Positions 17,335-30,077 of a DNA stretch of 64,000 bases are shown piece after piece; the stretch's first letter is position 1; each line of letters opens with the position of its first letter. Under the pieces are notes generated by a model. The model was not told the origin of the DNA and did not search any database. It was given only the letters and a program-made list of their open reading frames with translations. Location of the stretch: the NCBI RefSeq assembly GCF_009914755.1, contig NC_060934.1. One strand, written 5' to 3'. Made by a program: the position numbers and the translations under genes. The stretch comes from the human T2T-CHM13v2.0 reference genome, Homo sapiens.

Positions 17335-18400
17335 TGCATGTGTAGAGGGAGTGTGTATGTGTTATGTGTGTAATGTGTGCATTGTGTGTGTGTCATATGT
17401 GTGTATATATTGTGTGTGGTATGTCATCAGTGTGTGTTGTGGGTGTATGTTTTGTGTATGTGTGGTGTGTATGTTGTATGTGTGTGTGCATATGTTGTGT
17501 GGTTTTGTGGGTGTGTGTTGTGTGTGCATGTGTTGTATATGTATGTTTTGCATGGTGTGTATGTTAATGTGTGTGCATGTGTTATGTGTGCTGTAGGTAT
17601 ATGTTATGTGTGTGTGGCCCCTGTGCCTTGTGCTTATGCATATGTACTGTGTGTTGTGAGTATATGTTGTGTGTGTAATGTGCATGTTGTGCATGGTGTG
17701 TATGTTGTATACGTATGTTTATGTGTATATGCATGTGTCTTGTGTTTTGGGTGTATGTTGTGTGTATGTGTGGAGTGTATGATTTATGTGTATGCACATA
17801 TATTATGTGTTGTGGGTGCATTTTGTGTGAGTGTACATGTTGTATTGTATGTTCTATGTGTGGTGTGTAGGGCTATGTGTGTATGTTTGTGTCATGTGCG
17901 TTTTGGGTGTATGTTGTGTACATGTGTGGTGTGCATGGTTTATGTGTGTGCATATGTTATGTGTTGTGGGTGTGTGTTGTGTGTGTGCATGTGTTTTGTG
18001 TTCTTTGTGTGGTGTGTCTGTTTATGTGTGTATGTGTGTGTCATGTGTGTTTTGGGTGTGTGTTATGTATATGTGTGGTGTGTATGGTTTATGTGTGTGC
18101 ATATGCTGTGTGTTGTGGGTGTGTGTTGTGTGTGCATGTGTTGTATTGTGTGTTCTGTGTGTGGTGTGTATGTTTATGTGTGTATGTGTGTGTCTTGTGG
18201 GCTTTGGGTGTATGTTATGTATATGTGTGGTGTGTATGGTTAATGTGTGTGCATATGCTGTGTGTTATGGGTGTGTCTTGTGTGTCTGCATGTGTTGTAT
18301 GTGTATGTTCTGTGTGTGTTGTGTATGTTTGCATGTGTGTGTGTGCATGTGTTATGTGTGTTATGAGTGTGTGATGCGTGTGTGTGGTGTGCATATGCAT
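17335..18400. repeat. Degenerate (TG)n-rich tandem repeat with ~150-bp higher-order period
   Basis: Almost entirely TG/TA dinucleotides; the GCATATG landmark recurs about every 150 bp. Confidence 0.9.
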
Positions 18401-19051
18401 GCCTGCTATGTACCAGTGGTCATTTTAGGAGGTTTATATCCTTTGTTCCACTTAATTCCATTTAGTTGTGAGATGGAGGAAAATTATTTTACAAATTAAT
18501 ATAGAAGAGCTCTACAGACTACAGTCAACTGTGGGAAATGATTCATTTTTATTTCTCCCTTTTTTCTCTCTATCCATGGGGTCTACTAAAAGGCAGGAGA
18601 ACAGTCCGTCTGCATCTGTCTGTGAAGGATGGAGTTCTATTACTGACCTAATGGACAGGCATCTGGCAACCCAGGCGCTCTGGCTGGTGTGGGCATTAGC
18701 ATTGCTAAAGGAAAGATCATAGATATTATTCCTGCTCTGTCATCTGCCAGCTGAGTGCATTTGGGGTAATCGCCTTCCCCTAAAGGACACAGTTTGGGCC
18801 TCAGTGAAGTGGGCGCTAGTTTCCAGAGACCATTCCGGGTTGGAGAGCCTCTGGTGGAGGGATTCCTTTGGAGAAATGGCAGCGCACGTTGAAACTGCAG
18901 AAGCCAGCGCAGGAGCCTCGTGTTGGCTTCATTCAGAATCTCAAGTTTGGATGCGAAGGCTCCCAGGTGGGCAGACAGAGACAGCTGAGAGGCATGTCAG
19001 GTGTCCCGAGCCTTCCAGCTCCCCCTGGGAAGTCATGGAAAGTGCTGGTCA

Positions 19052-19070
19052 GACGTGCCCTCTGGTGGTC
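19052..19070 (-). promoter_or_regulatory. Candidate CTCF site
   Basis: Minus strand reads GACCACCAGAGGGCACGTC, matching core CCASYAGRKGGCRS; motif only. Confidence 0.45.
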
Positions 19071-20582
19071 CCCAGAGCCAGCAGGAGCTGCTGAGCGTCT
19101 GCAGTTCAGCTGGGCTGAGCCAGGGTCCCACCAGGACTGGAACCCGATCACCAAACCTCCATTTTCACTAGAGACTCAAAGACACCCCAGCTGAGTGTGC
19201 CCCTGGGGTCATCTGGTCACCTTCCCCTAGCCCTGTGCAGCCTCAGTCCAGAGAGGAAGAGCCCTGTCATGCCCCGAGGGGCTCCAGGTTGACTATCCGG
19301 ATACCAGGAGCAGCCAGTGTGTCAGCCTGTGATTCATGAATTCTTGTCCCTGAAAGACCAACAACTGTTTTCTAAATGAACAAATGAATGAGCCAGTTAA
19401 TGCAGCACAGCCCTTCATCCAGGGCCATGTGCATCAGAACCTGCCCTGACACTGCGGCACTTCATGCTCTGGGGCCAGAATCCAGAACACTAGAGCCCAG
19501 AGCCCAGTAGCCCAGGTCTTAGTAGCACTGGTTTCTAAGGAAGGTGGGAGTCCGAGCAGGGGGCCGGGTCCTGCTCACACAGGTAAGAGGAAAGAGGAAA
19601 GGGCCGAGTTCCTGAAAAGGAATGGGCTGTCTTCTGAAGGTTCCGTTTGGTTAGTAGTTCCTGGTGAACAGAGAGGGGCAGGCAGGCTACACAGCCTGCT
19701 GTGTCCTCCCCAACGCCTGCCTCACCCCGCAGCTCCCCGTGCCGAGTGACATGCAGCCAAGAACCACAGCAGAATGAAGCTCTGCAAGCCAGCAGGCTCA
19801 GCCTCCTTCCAGAGGCATTTTCCTCCTAAGCATCACTTCCTAGACTACATCTGCAATGGTCTGAATGCCCAGAGTCTGTCTGAAGTCTCACCTGCAGAAG
19901 AAGGTACTCGAGGCCAGGAACATTCTTTTCAGACCATCTCAGACTCATTCTGATGCAAACATTCAAATGCACAAAATGCAAATTAGGACAGAGTCCCCAA
20001 AATGCCTCTCGGCACCACTTAGGTTTGAGGTGATAAGCTCTGCGGTTTTTAGAGCTCTACGAGGAGTTAGCCGAAATGCTTCTCACAGTAATTTTAGGAG
20101 GCTAAAGGGAAATCTTTCATTATTCAAAGAAGAGCACATGGCTTTGGGGACCCGTGCTTCAGAGAGAAGGAGAATGGGGAGCCCCTGAGAGGGACAGGAG
20201 AGTCCCAGAAAGCAGAAAGCACTTGCTTTCAAGCCATGTGCTGTCTGGCTGGAGCTGTGGTCAGGGGATTAATCACTGGTTAAGCTCCGCGAAGCCTCAA
20301 CTATGACTCAGCCCCGTGGGTGGCAAGACTCAGCTCACGCCTCTGTGGCCACCGAGCCCCTCCCCTCCTTTCCAGATGCATTCACAGAGATCGCGCCCTC
20401 CTTTGCTTGGCGGGGCACCTTTGCAAACGCACACCTATTTGCTCAGATTCCATTAATAAAAATGGAATCAGGCAAGATCTGCAAGCTGAGGCCACGGGTA
20501 GAGCCGAGCCCATGTTCCCTGACAGAACAGAACTGATGTTTGTTTCCATCTAATTTCTCAGCCCATTTTCTTTTTATAATCA

Positions 20583-21059
<477 letters not shown>

Positions 21060-21799
21060 CTAACTCCATCATGCTCAGTACATAAAGCTAATTTCAGTCA
21101 ATTACATAACTAATAACTCCCCAGATTAAGTGCTTACAGAGTCCATTTTCATGTCTTCACTAACTGGGAAAGTGCTGAGCTGAGCTATCTCTGCAGACTC
21201 GGGAACCAAGTGCAGTCCTGTGCTCTCACCTCCACCTCTAGACACTTCTATTCTGTCTTCTCACAACAGCCAGGCTGGTGGCACACTGGCCGTAGTCAGG
21301 TGCAGGCCCCTGGATGAGTCTGGGATGGCGAGTCCTTGGGGTGGACGACTGTTCATCATTTTCTTACCGATTGCTTCCCAGGGACAGGGCTAGGGGCGCA
21401 AGCTGAGGCCTGGCTCAAACTGGAGTAACCCATTCTACATTGGGGAAGTTATTTAAGAATTCAGGCATCGCTTGGCATCCATGGGATGAGGACTGCAAAA
21501 CCTCCACCAAAGTACTGTGCAGGGGCAGTAAGCGAGTGGCTGGATGGGTAACTGGCTGGTGTTACTTCCCCATCTCCTTCTGCCTGGCCCATGAGACCAG
21601 CGGTGCGGCCAGTTCAGGTCTCCCAGCAGCATTTGATGCCTAACTTCTCATTTGGGCTTTTGGGAGCACCAAAACTCAGCTGTGGGTTTCTTAGCAGCAG
21701 GAGGAATCAAAGAAGAAAACAAGTGGACTCCCTTTGGTAGCTTGCTCAGACCCTCCACAAAACTCATGGAAAGCAAGCACAGGAAGAGGGCATTGATGT

Positions 21800-21925
21800 G
21801 ATTTGCCCAAATCCCCCCTTTTACAGATGAGAAAACAGACCCAGAGAAGTAAGTAATTCCCTGGAGGAATTGATAGGCTTCTCGTGTTGGAGCTGAAACC
21901 AGCTCCAACATCAGATTCCAAGCCT
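21800..21925 (-). mobile_element. MIR fragment
   Basis: TTTTACAGATGAGAAAACAGACCCAGAGAAGT core. Confidence 0.7.
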
Positions 21926-22149
21926 TTCCCAGAAGACACCCCCTGCCCCACAGTCTGTTTAGTGACATAGCCCGTGCCCCCCCAGCTTGGTTCGCTCTTC
22001 ACTGCCATGGCCAAGGTACTAAATCCAACAGGCAGTCTCTGATCTCCCTGCAGCTCTCGCCACAGTCTCCCTATGTCCTTCCCGCAGCAGATGCTGGGAT
22101 CTCTCCTAGGACTCCTGGCCACCCTGGTGCACGCTCGCCTCTCCCGCCG

Positions 22150-23260
22150 CCTCTGCTGAGCACTCTGCCCATCGCAGTCCTCTCCTATCCCTCTCTCCTC
22201 ACTCTGTTCCCTCTCCTTGCGGATCCCATCCCCTCTTGAGGCCTGGACTCGGCCCATAGGCCTGTCAGCCTCACACTTCTGCTTCCACACACAGGTCTGC
22301 CCTGAGCTCCAGCAGGTGCTGGCAACGTCTACTTTGAAATGCCTTGCAGACATTTAACGAAAGCGCCCAAAAGCAACCTCTTGGAATTCTTCTCCAAAAC
22401 CATCCCTCCTCCATCCTTTGTAATTCACGGAACACTCAGCGATATTGTTGCCACGCCCACCCTGGGCTGCTCTGGGCCAGGGAATTCCTGAATGACCAAA
22501 AGGACAGGGCCCTGGCCCTGCAAGCTATCTTCTCGACAAATGGTTTCACTCTGCCTAACATCCCCCTCTTCCTCGTCGCATCCTAACACCCAAACCTGCA
22601 ACAAGTCCTGCGGAATCTGTCCCAGCCCGGCCTCTCCCATCCAACCACCCTTCCCATTGCCACTGACCTGCCCCACCACCCTCTTCAGCCCCGACACGCT
22701 CATTATCATCCAGCGCCCTTCCTGCCTTCCGTCTCCCTGGTCTCCAGCACCCATGACCACTGTCAGACAGGCAGCCCTTCCCATGTCCTACCTGGAAGCT
22801 GGGTGGCTTCCCACTGCCTGAAGGAAATCCACATACCTAGCCAGGGCCCCAAGCCCCTGCTGCTGGGCCCCTGCCCCCACTCCCAGCTGCTCCCCAGCCT
22901 CCCTCACTCAGCCATGCTGGACTTCCCCAGCTCCTCACATGAAACCTGCTTTCTTGCCTCCAAGACGTTGCAGGTGCAACTCCTGACTTAATCGTCCTCC
23001 TGGGTCTCTGCCCTGCTGCCTTTGTTGCCTCTGGGGCTGGATGGATGAGGGCTGGTCCTCAGGGCACCCTCTGACTCCTCGCCTGACCCGGGTGCCGCCT
23101 CACGTTTTTCCATCATGTCCTGTTCATGATGTATGGGGCGTGTGTGCATGTTTAATATCTTATCCATCCTAGTAGACTGCAGTTCCGTGTAGGCATGAGC
23201 CATTCTTTTTACTTCCCCTTCCTGAAACCCCCCAGCAGCTGACACAGTGCCCAGCTGGGC
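22150..23260 (+). mobile_element. L2 fragments
   Basis: C-rich L2-like motifs, ending ...TAGACTGCAGTTCCGTGTAGGCA...CCCAGCAGCTGACACAGTGCCCAGC. Confidence 0.55.
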
Positions 23261-23510
23261 CTGGGGCCTGGAAACACTCACTGCCCTCTTTTGACGGCCT
23301 GGAGAAGCACCTACCTCGCTGCTGGAGAGAAGCAGACACTGCAGGGCTGGAGAAGGAAAAGATCTCATGTGCTGAGAGAGAATCACCTCCCCATGGACTC
23401 AGAGAGGTTTTTCATCGTAAAATATCCTGATCTAAGCATCTTACGGAGGGGCGAGCCTCTCACCACGTGCTGCCCAGCTCATAGCTGCGGTTGAACACAC
23501 GGCCTGCCAC

Positions 23511-23636
23511 GCAGCGGAGGAAGCCACAGCGGTGCGAGGTGAAAGTCTTCACACTCCTCAGTCCCCCCTCATGCAGCGGTGGAGCAACAGTGCTGCTGGG
23601 AGAAAAGTCTTCACACTCCTTCTCAGTCCCCCTTTC
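23511..23636. repeat. Diverged tandem duplication, ~62-bp unit x2
   Basis: GCAGCGG...AAAGTCTTCACACTCCT..CAGTCCCCC starts at 23511 and 23573. Confidence 0.75.
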
Positions 23637-24196
23637 CCTCGGGCTCCCCCCAGTGCCTGCAGAATGGGGGCACGGGGAAGGCAGCCTTGCCAGCTGCTCA
23701 GTGCACCTTTAGCAAGCGCATGGGGGCAGAGGCCACGCCATCACTCCAGGCCGATGGGATGGGTGGAAGGTGTAGGTGCTACAAGGTGATCGAGGAGGGG
23801 TGGGCTTCGGGGATGGTCAGACCCCCAGGAGAAGTTAGCCACGGGAGTTAGCATGAGGAGTGGATTTGAAATTGGAGACAAATATTGAAACAGAGGATAA
23901 AATGGTATGAAATCATAGATAGAGAACATGCTGGAATCCCAGGAGTCATAATACATGTGTTTCTCCCACCAGGTAGAAGCAAGAACTTCCCTCTCCAGAA
24001 CTTTCCGCTGTTTATCTTGGAACTGTAAATCTCCTCCCTGCAGGAAACAGGAAAATCCGAACAGAAGAGTCCACTGCTGCCAACCCAAGACCAGAGCCAC
24101 AGGCACTCCCCGCTTCTGTTTTATAGACCATGCCAGGACAAGTGGTTAGTGTTGTCTGTGATCTTACATGGGGAGGCAGGAGGCACAAAATTTGAA

Positions 24197-24400
24197 AGCA
24201 CAGACCCTCAAGACAGATGCCTGGGTTTAAATCACAGCCCACCATCTGCATCAGAGTTGGATGACCTTGGACAGATTTCCTCCCATCTCCAGTCTCTGTT
24301 TCCTTGTCCGTGGGCATGGATAATAATGGCAGGTTCACCATGAGGTGCCCTCGATGATTATATAAAATAACCCAGGCAAAGCATTGCACGGAGCCTGCCC
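24197..24400 (+). mobile_element. MIR
   Basis: TGCCTGGGTTTAAATC...GATGACCTTGGACAG...TCTCTGTTTCCTTGTC...GGATAATAATG. Confidence 0.7.
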
Positions 24401-25641
24401 GCAGCCGGAAGACAGCCCTGGCCCCAGCGCGCAGCCCCTCAGGGAGCCCGGCTCCTTTCTCCAGCATCTGACATCTTCTTACCTCTCTTTCCCCAAGGAA
24501 CAGGCTGAAACCAGGACACTGAACTTCATCCACCAAGTCACACTCGCATAGACCCAAGCTTTGATTCACAACCAGTCAGCAGCCTGTTTCTGTAGATGGG
24601 GCTGGGGAGGAAGGAGGATGCTGGCCGTGCTACTGTTCTGTGAACTGAGAGCCGTGGAGGGCACTCCACTTTGTTCCACAAATGCGAATAACTGGATCCA
24701 TCAAGCCTGTCAACCCGCAGTCTGTTCTAACCCAGTGGTAACTTCTGATGGTAAATGCGTTTCCCATGCACATTTCCCTGCATGAGAAATGTGCCACTCA
24801 TGAGAAAATAACACGTGTAGGAAACAATGAAGGGTCACGTCCACGAAGCCTCTTCTATGTACAGGGCCCTGGGCTAAGCCCTTTCTGTGCCTTTTCTAAG
24901 CGAATCCTTGCCCAAACCTGCTAAGGAGATGCTGCCACTAAGGACGTATTGTGAGGAGCCTGAAACCTCAGGCCGAGGATCACGGGATTTATGGAAGACG
25001 GTGGAATCCCTGCGTATGTTGTGGACATGGCCACAAAACGCCTTTAACAACGACCAGATGTGATGCCCGGCAAGCCGCTCACGTCAGTCAAAGGCTCGTG
25101 ATCAGCGTGTGTCCCGAAAAATTAGTTTTATTTTCCTCTTATTTCCACGTGCCACTTTTGTCCCAAAAGTTTATAAGTGTAATAAATGTCTAGTGAAATC
25201 TTTGACTTTGTAAGCAATGATAAATTTACAGATAAGTGACAGCCCCTGCAGAGGCAAAGCGCTGCTGTGAATCCCCAGATAACTGTCATTTATTTACGTT
25301 TCTAAATGTTCAAGTAAAAGCCTGCATTTTCAACAGCATCTGTAATGACCTCAGAGCTTCACTTCCCTGAAGAAAAGTAAAAGAGAAACTCTCCTGAAGC
25401 CACATCCTGTGTATTTGTACGCGGATGCAGAGGAGAACGCCAGGATTGCTTGAGACAGGACGCGTGGAGACCCCGCTAGCACGGCGCCCTTCCTGCTGGC
25501 CGCTGGGTCACAGCACTGGTGACGGCGTGGCAGTGCTGTCAGCTGCAGGCGGGGGCGTGAATGGTGACAAGATGGGTGCTGAACGCGGAAACGTGAGCCG
25601 AGGGCCACTCATGGAGAGGCGTGGGAGGCACCTCGATTCCC

Positions 25642-26108
25642 TTACAGTTGAGAACAAGGTGAGGTACTGGTGGGAATCGGCGGTGTGTGGGCGCACGGGG
25701 GCCAGGAGCGGGGCGGGGACCCTGAGCTTGGGCCACGTGGCTCTGTGGGTGCCCAGCAGCAACGTGGCCAGACCTCAGGCTTTTCCCCCAGAATGCCCGT
25801 GGGAAGCTTGGGATGAAGAAAAGCAGAAGGAGCCTCAATTACAGAGTCAGAAGGGAGTAGCCAGCCTCACCAGGAAGACACTGGTGGGAGGTGTTTGGAG
25901 GGGCCCCTGGCTCTACTCAGGAGTCCCAGAGGGTCCTTGGGGTGGATGTTGATGGCAGCAGTGTGTGGGGCTCGGGTGCCATCCCATGCTCTACCTGAGC
26001 ACGCCCCCGCTTCGCCAGCCGACCCCCTCGTCCTGCCCCCAACCCTGGCCCCCGTGCGTCCACGCGCCGCAGATTCCCACCAGTACCTCACCTTGTTCTC
26101 AGTTGTAA
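25642..26108. repeat. Inverted repeat: 79-bp arms (25642-25720 / 26030-26108), 309-bp spacer
   Basis: Ungapped alignment 67/79 identical with a perfect 30-nt core TGAGAACAAGGTGAGGTACTGGTGGGAATC. Confidence 0.95.
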
Positions 26109-26380
26109 TTTGGGCTTTCAGCACAGGCATCACTCCCTGGGGATGCGTCCCAGGGGCCCCTGGCGGGTCAGAGCCTGGGCCTCCAGCATCTTCGGCTCCC
26201 TCCACCCACATTGCGGTCTTACTTTTCCCATGCAGCCATCTTAACCTCTGAACTATAGGCACGGGAAGGGAAGAGCTGCAGCCCAGGACGATCTGAGAGA
26301 GAAGTAAATTCCACGAAACACGAGGGAGGAGGGGGTATTCTGACTTGCCCAAAATACAAAGATGTGTTTTTCTAAGTTTT

Positions 26381-26897
26381 TTTTTTTTTTAACTTTAAAT
26401 CCCGGGATATATGTGCAGAACATGCAGGTTTGTTACACAGGCAAACGTGTGCCATGGTGGTTTGCTGCACCCGTCAACCCGTCACTGAGGTTTTAAGCTG
26501 CGCATGCATTAGCTATTTGTCCTGATGCTCTCCCTCCCCTCGCCCCCGCCCCACAGGCCCGGGTGTGTGTTGTTCCCCTCCCTGTGTCCATGTGTTCTCA
26601 TTATTCAACTCCCGTTTATGAGTGAGAACATGCGGTGTTTGGTTTTCTGTTCCTGTGTTAGTTTGCTGAGGATGGTGGCTTCCAGCTTCATCCATGTCCC
26701 TGCAAAGGACACTATCTCATTCTTATTACTGGGTATATACCCAAAGGAATATAAATCATTCTATTATAAAGATACATTCACGTGTATGTTTATTGCAACA
26801 CTGTTCACAATAGTAAAGACATGGAACCAACCCAAATGCCCATCAGTGATAGATTGGATAAAGAAAACGTGGTACACATACACCACAGAATACTACA
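26381..26897 (-). mobile_element. 5'-truncated, 5'-inverted L1 (L1PA8-like), twin-priming product
   Basis: 26381-26724 is an antisense L1 3' end with poly-T; 26725-26896 is the adjacent upstream L1 segment in sense orientation; TSD TTTTTCT(A/C)AGTTTT at 26367-26380 and 26898-26911. Confidence 0.92.
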
Positions 26898-27574
26898 TTT
26901 TTCTCAGTTTTAAAATTGTTCTTTTACCAACATCGGTTATGATAAGATGTGTGTGTATCTATGATTACAAACTTACTGTGAAGGATAATACAATTTGAAT
27001 GTTCTAAACAGACTTGGGGGAGAGAAAATACATTGTTTTAATAAGGATATTGGTTCCCAAGGTGACCAACTTGGAAGATGAAGCTAATTTGGATTCGTAA
27101 GGTTGACTATATGAGAAAATAAATGCCATCATTTTCATGGTTATATCTTGTCTAAAATTCTGCTCTATGATATTCATGAACATCACTTCTATGTTAATAA
27201 TTATTATAATTTGGCTAATTTCCAGACTTTAGTGTATTTTATCCAAAGATCATAAATTTTAATGTTTTGTTTGAGAATGAGGGATAACTAGAAATATTTT
27301 TAAATTCAGGTATAGAAAATTAACATATTTGAGTTTTCTCTCTATACTATTATTTATTTCATTTGGAAAAGGTCTAAAATATAGTCTTGATGGATGATTT
27401 TTATTTACTAAAGTGACTTAGATTTACAAAGTACAAAATGGTAGTTAAGTACAACACAGTTTTGTCCTTGGTAATCTTGCCAGTTAATAAAGCTCCAAGG
27501 TTGTCTAATCGATAATTTCTGAAAAATACCTACCACATTAATCATTCTTCAATGTTTTCAAACAGGGCCTATGA

Positions 27575-27670
27575 ATGAAGATACAGAGTTGATTAAAAAT
27601 GTTAAGTACTGTGATTGAGATCTGTGCCTGACACCTAATAATCTGAATAACTGTTAGCTTCTACTACGGC
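27575..27670 (+). mobile_element. MIR 3' fragment
   Basis: GTGCCTGACACCTAATAATCTGAATAACTGTTAGCT. Confidence 0.45.
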
Positions 27671-28894
27671 CACTGTCACTACTACTACTACCAGGAAATA
27701 AAAACAACCCTGCTGAAATCAAGGGCCGTTGTGTCTCTTAGACCTATAGGTGTTTCTCAAAGTTTTAGCCTGAATAGACCACAGAGAAGGCACAGCCCAC
27801 TGATTCTAAACTTTTAAAGATCTATTGCAATCCTAAAACAAATCAATAAGTAAAATTTGAGCATGTGATTTTAAAATAAGCAAACATGGTCTCTTAGCAT
27901 TTCACCAGCATACTTACACGGTGGCAAAGGCACCTCTGTCCACCATTCTGAGTTTTTGTTCGAGCATTAATGTAAAGATAATGGAGTAATTTCTCAGTGG
28001 GGCATTCCCAGAAGGTGCACTGGTTCCAAATCATGGATTCCTGCAAAACTCCCTATGTACATCAGAACTTAACCTTCTTCTTTGTGACCTGTGGCAGCTT
28101 TTGCATGCAATTTTTAAATATGTTTAAAAATACATTGCATTGGCTTTCCCAGTGAATGAATGAAATTCTCACGTGCCCAGAAAGAGTCTTGATGACCAAA
28201 GATCCAGCTAAGTCTTCACACAATATTGGGACATCCAACCCTGCACATTAAACCCCACACAAAGTACCTTGTCCCACACAGATAGGTTCATGACAGGCTC
28301 AGAAAGTCCCAGGTTCTATGTGCACCACAAAGAAGCCCCACCCTAGTGAGCCCCAAAACCTCCAATGCTGGGGTCACCAGTGCAAGTGGCATATTCTGCT
28401 TCATCTCATTCACCGATGTGAGCTGTGCAGAGTGAAAAAGAAACACTGCTGTCTTTTCTGCCCATGCACTCAAAAGGTACACAGGCAATTTCTGATCAAA
28501 AAACTGATTTGGCATCATTGATTCATTCCTGTGACTTGGACAGATAATTCCTCAAATGTGTAACCACGGAAAATACAAATGTTTCAAACACAAATAGTAC
28601 CACATGTGATGTAAAGATACATTTGTCAAGACAACCGCCTACCAACGGGTCTTTAAGCCACTGTAAACTGAAAAATATGTTCCATGTAACACATCTAAGC
28701 CTTGAAGCACACAATGACTTAAGTTTTTTGAAAAAGCATAGTTCTTTTATGAATATACAGTCTATACTCATAAAATATATGTGAATAATGCTTCTTCCTT
28801 TCTCTTTTTTTTTCCCTGAAAATACCAAACTACCTGGAAATTCATATAGTCTGGGCTCCCTTCAGTACGTGAAATCTTATTCAACTTTGGAGTA

Positions 28895-29254
28895 TGATAT
28901 GGTTTGGCTGTGTCCCCACCCAAATCTCATCTTGACTTGTAGCTCCCATAATTCCCACGTGTTGTGGTAGGAAAACAGTGGAAGATAATTGAATCATGGA
29001 GGTGGTTCCCGCATACTGTTCTCATGGTAGCGAATAAGTCTCACAAGATCTGACGGTTTTATAAGGGGAAACCCCTTTTGCTTGGTCTCTCCTTCTCTCT
29101 TGCCTGCTGCCATGTAAGATGTAACTTTCACCTTCCGCCATGATTGTGAGGCCTTCCCAGCCACATGGAATTGTGATTCCATTAAACCTCTTCCCTTTAT
29201 AATTACCCAGTCTCAGGTATGTCTTTATTGGCAGCATGAAAACGGACTAATACA
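28895..29254 (+). mobile_element. THE1B/C solo LTR (MaLR)
   Basis: TGATATGGTTTGGCTGTGTCCCCACCCAAATCTC ... GGACTAATACA; perfect 5-bp TSD GAGTA. Confidence 0.95.
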
Positions 29255-29767
29255 GAGTAAGAGACAAGACCCCACACTCCACCACCACTTACTTTCCCAC
29301 GATATTAGCTGAGGTCCCAGACCACACAACAAGATTTTAGAAAACCAGCACATTAAGAGTAAACACAAAAAGAGACTAATGGATGGTTTCAGTATGGTAT
29401 CTGAAAAATTTGGGGAAAAAATTCATGATGTAATATACTATACCTAAATTACATTAAATTAAATTGTGTATATTAAATGTACAAATTACATTCAATTTAT
29501 GAGAACGATTTTTGTTCATTCATTCATTTATTGTAACTTGGTCTTTCCTGGTTGATATGGGTCATGTTTGAGACAAGCTGGGCTTAGCTGAGAAAAGCTT
29601 TGGGTTACTTCACCCTCAAGCATTTTCCCTTGAAACGCGTTGATTGACAAGTTAGTGATACTATGACACCAAAAGACGTATCCCCCTAGTGTAAATTAGT
29701 TTCTAAATCCGAGGCAGAGCTTCAACCTTAAAGTCTCTCACTAGTAAGTAGTACAAATTTAAAATAA

Positions 29768-30077
<310 letters not shown>

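Noticed and set aside
17162-18499. Long Cys/Val-rich or His/Thr-rich ORFs (up to 288 aa), superficially metallothionein/keratin-associated-like
   Set aside because: Artefact of TG-rich repeats lacking stop codons; open in several frames and on both strands.
21691-22353. 220-aa ORF (also the 219/207-aa ORFs at 37.2-38.0 kb and 225-aa ORF at 51.7-52.3 kb)
   Set aside because: Overlap MIR/L2 relics or GC-rich low-complexity DNA; no recognisable protein family or exon structure.
25425-26352. Two opposite-strand ORFs (175 and 161 aa) sharing ENKVRYWWESA as paralogous genes
   Set aside because: Similarity is confined to the DNA inverted repeat; no recognisable domain; GC-rich sequence gives long ORFs by chance.
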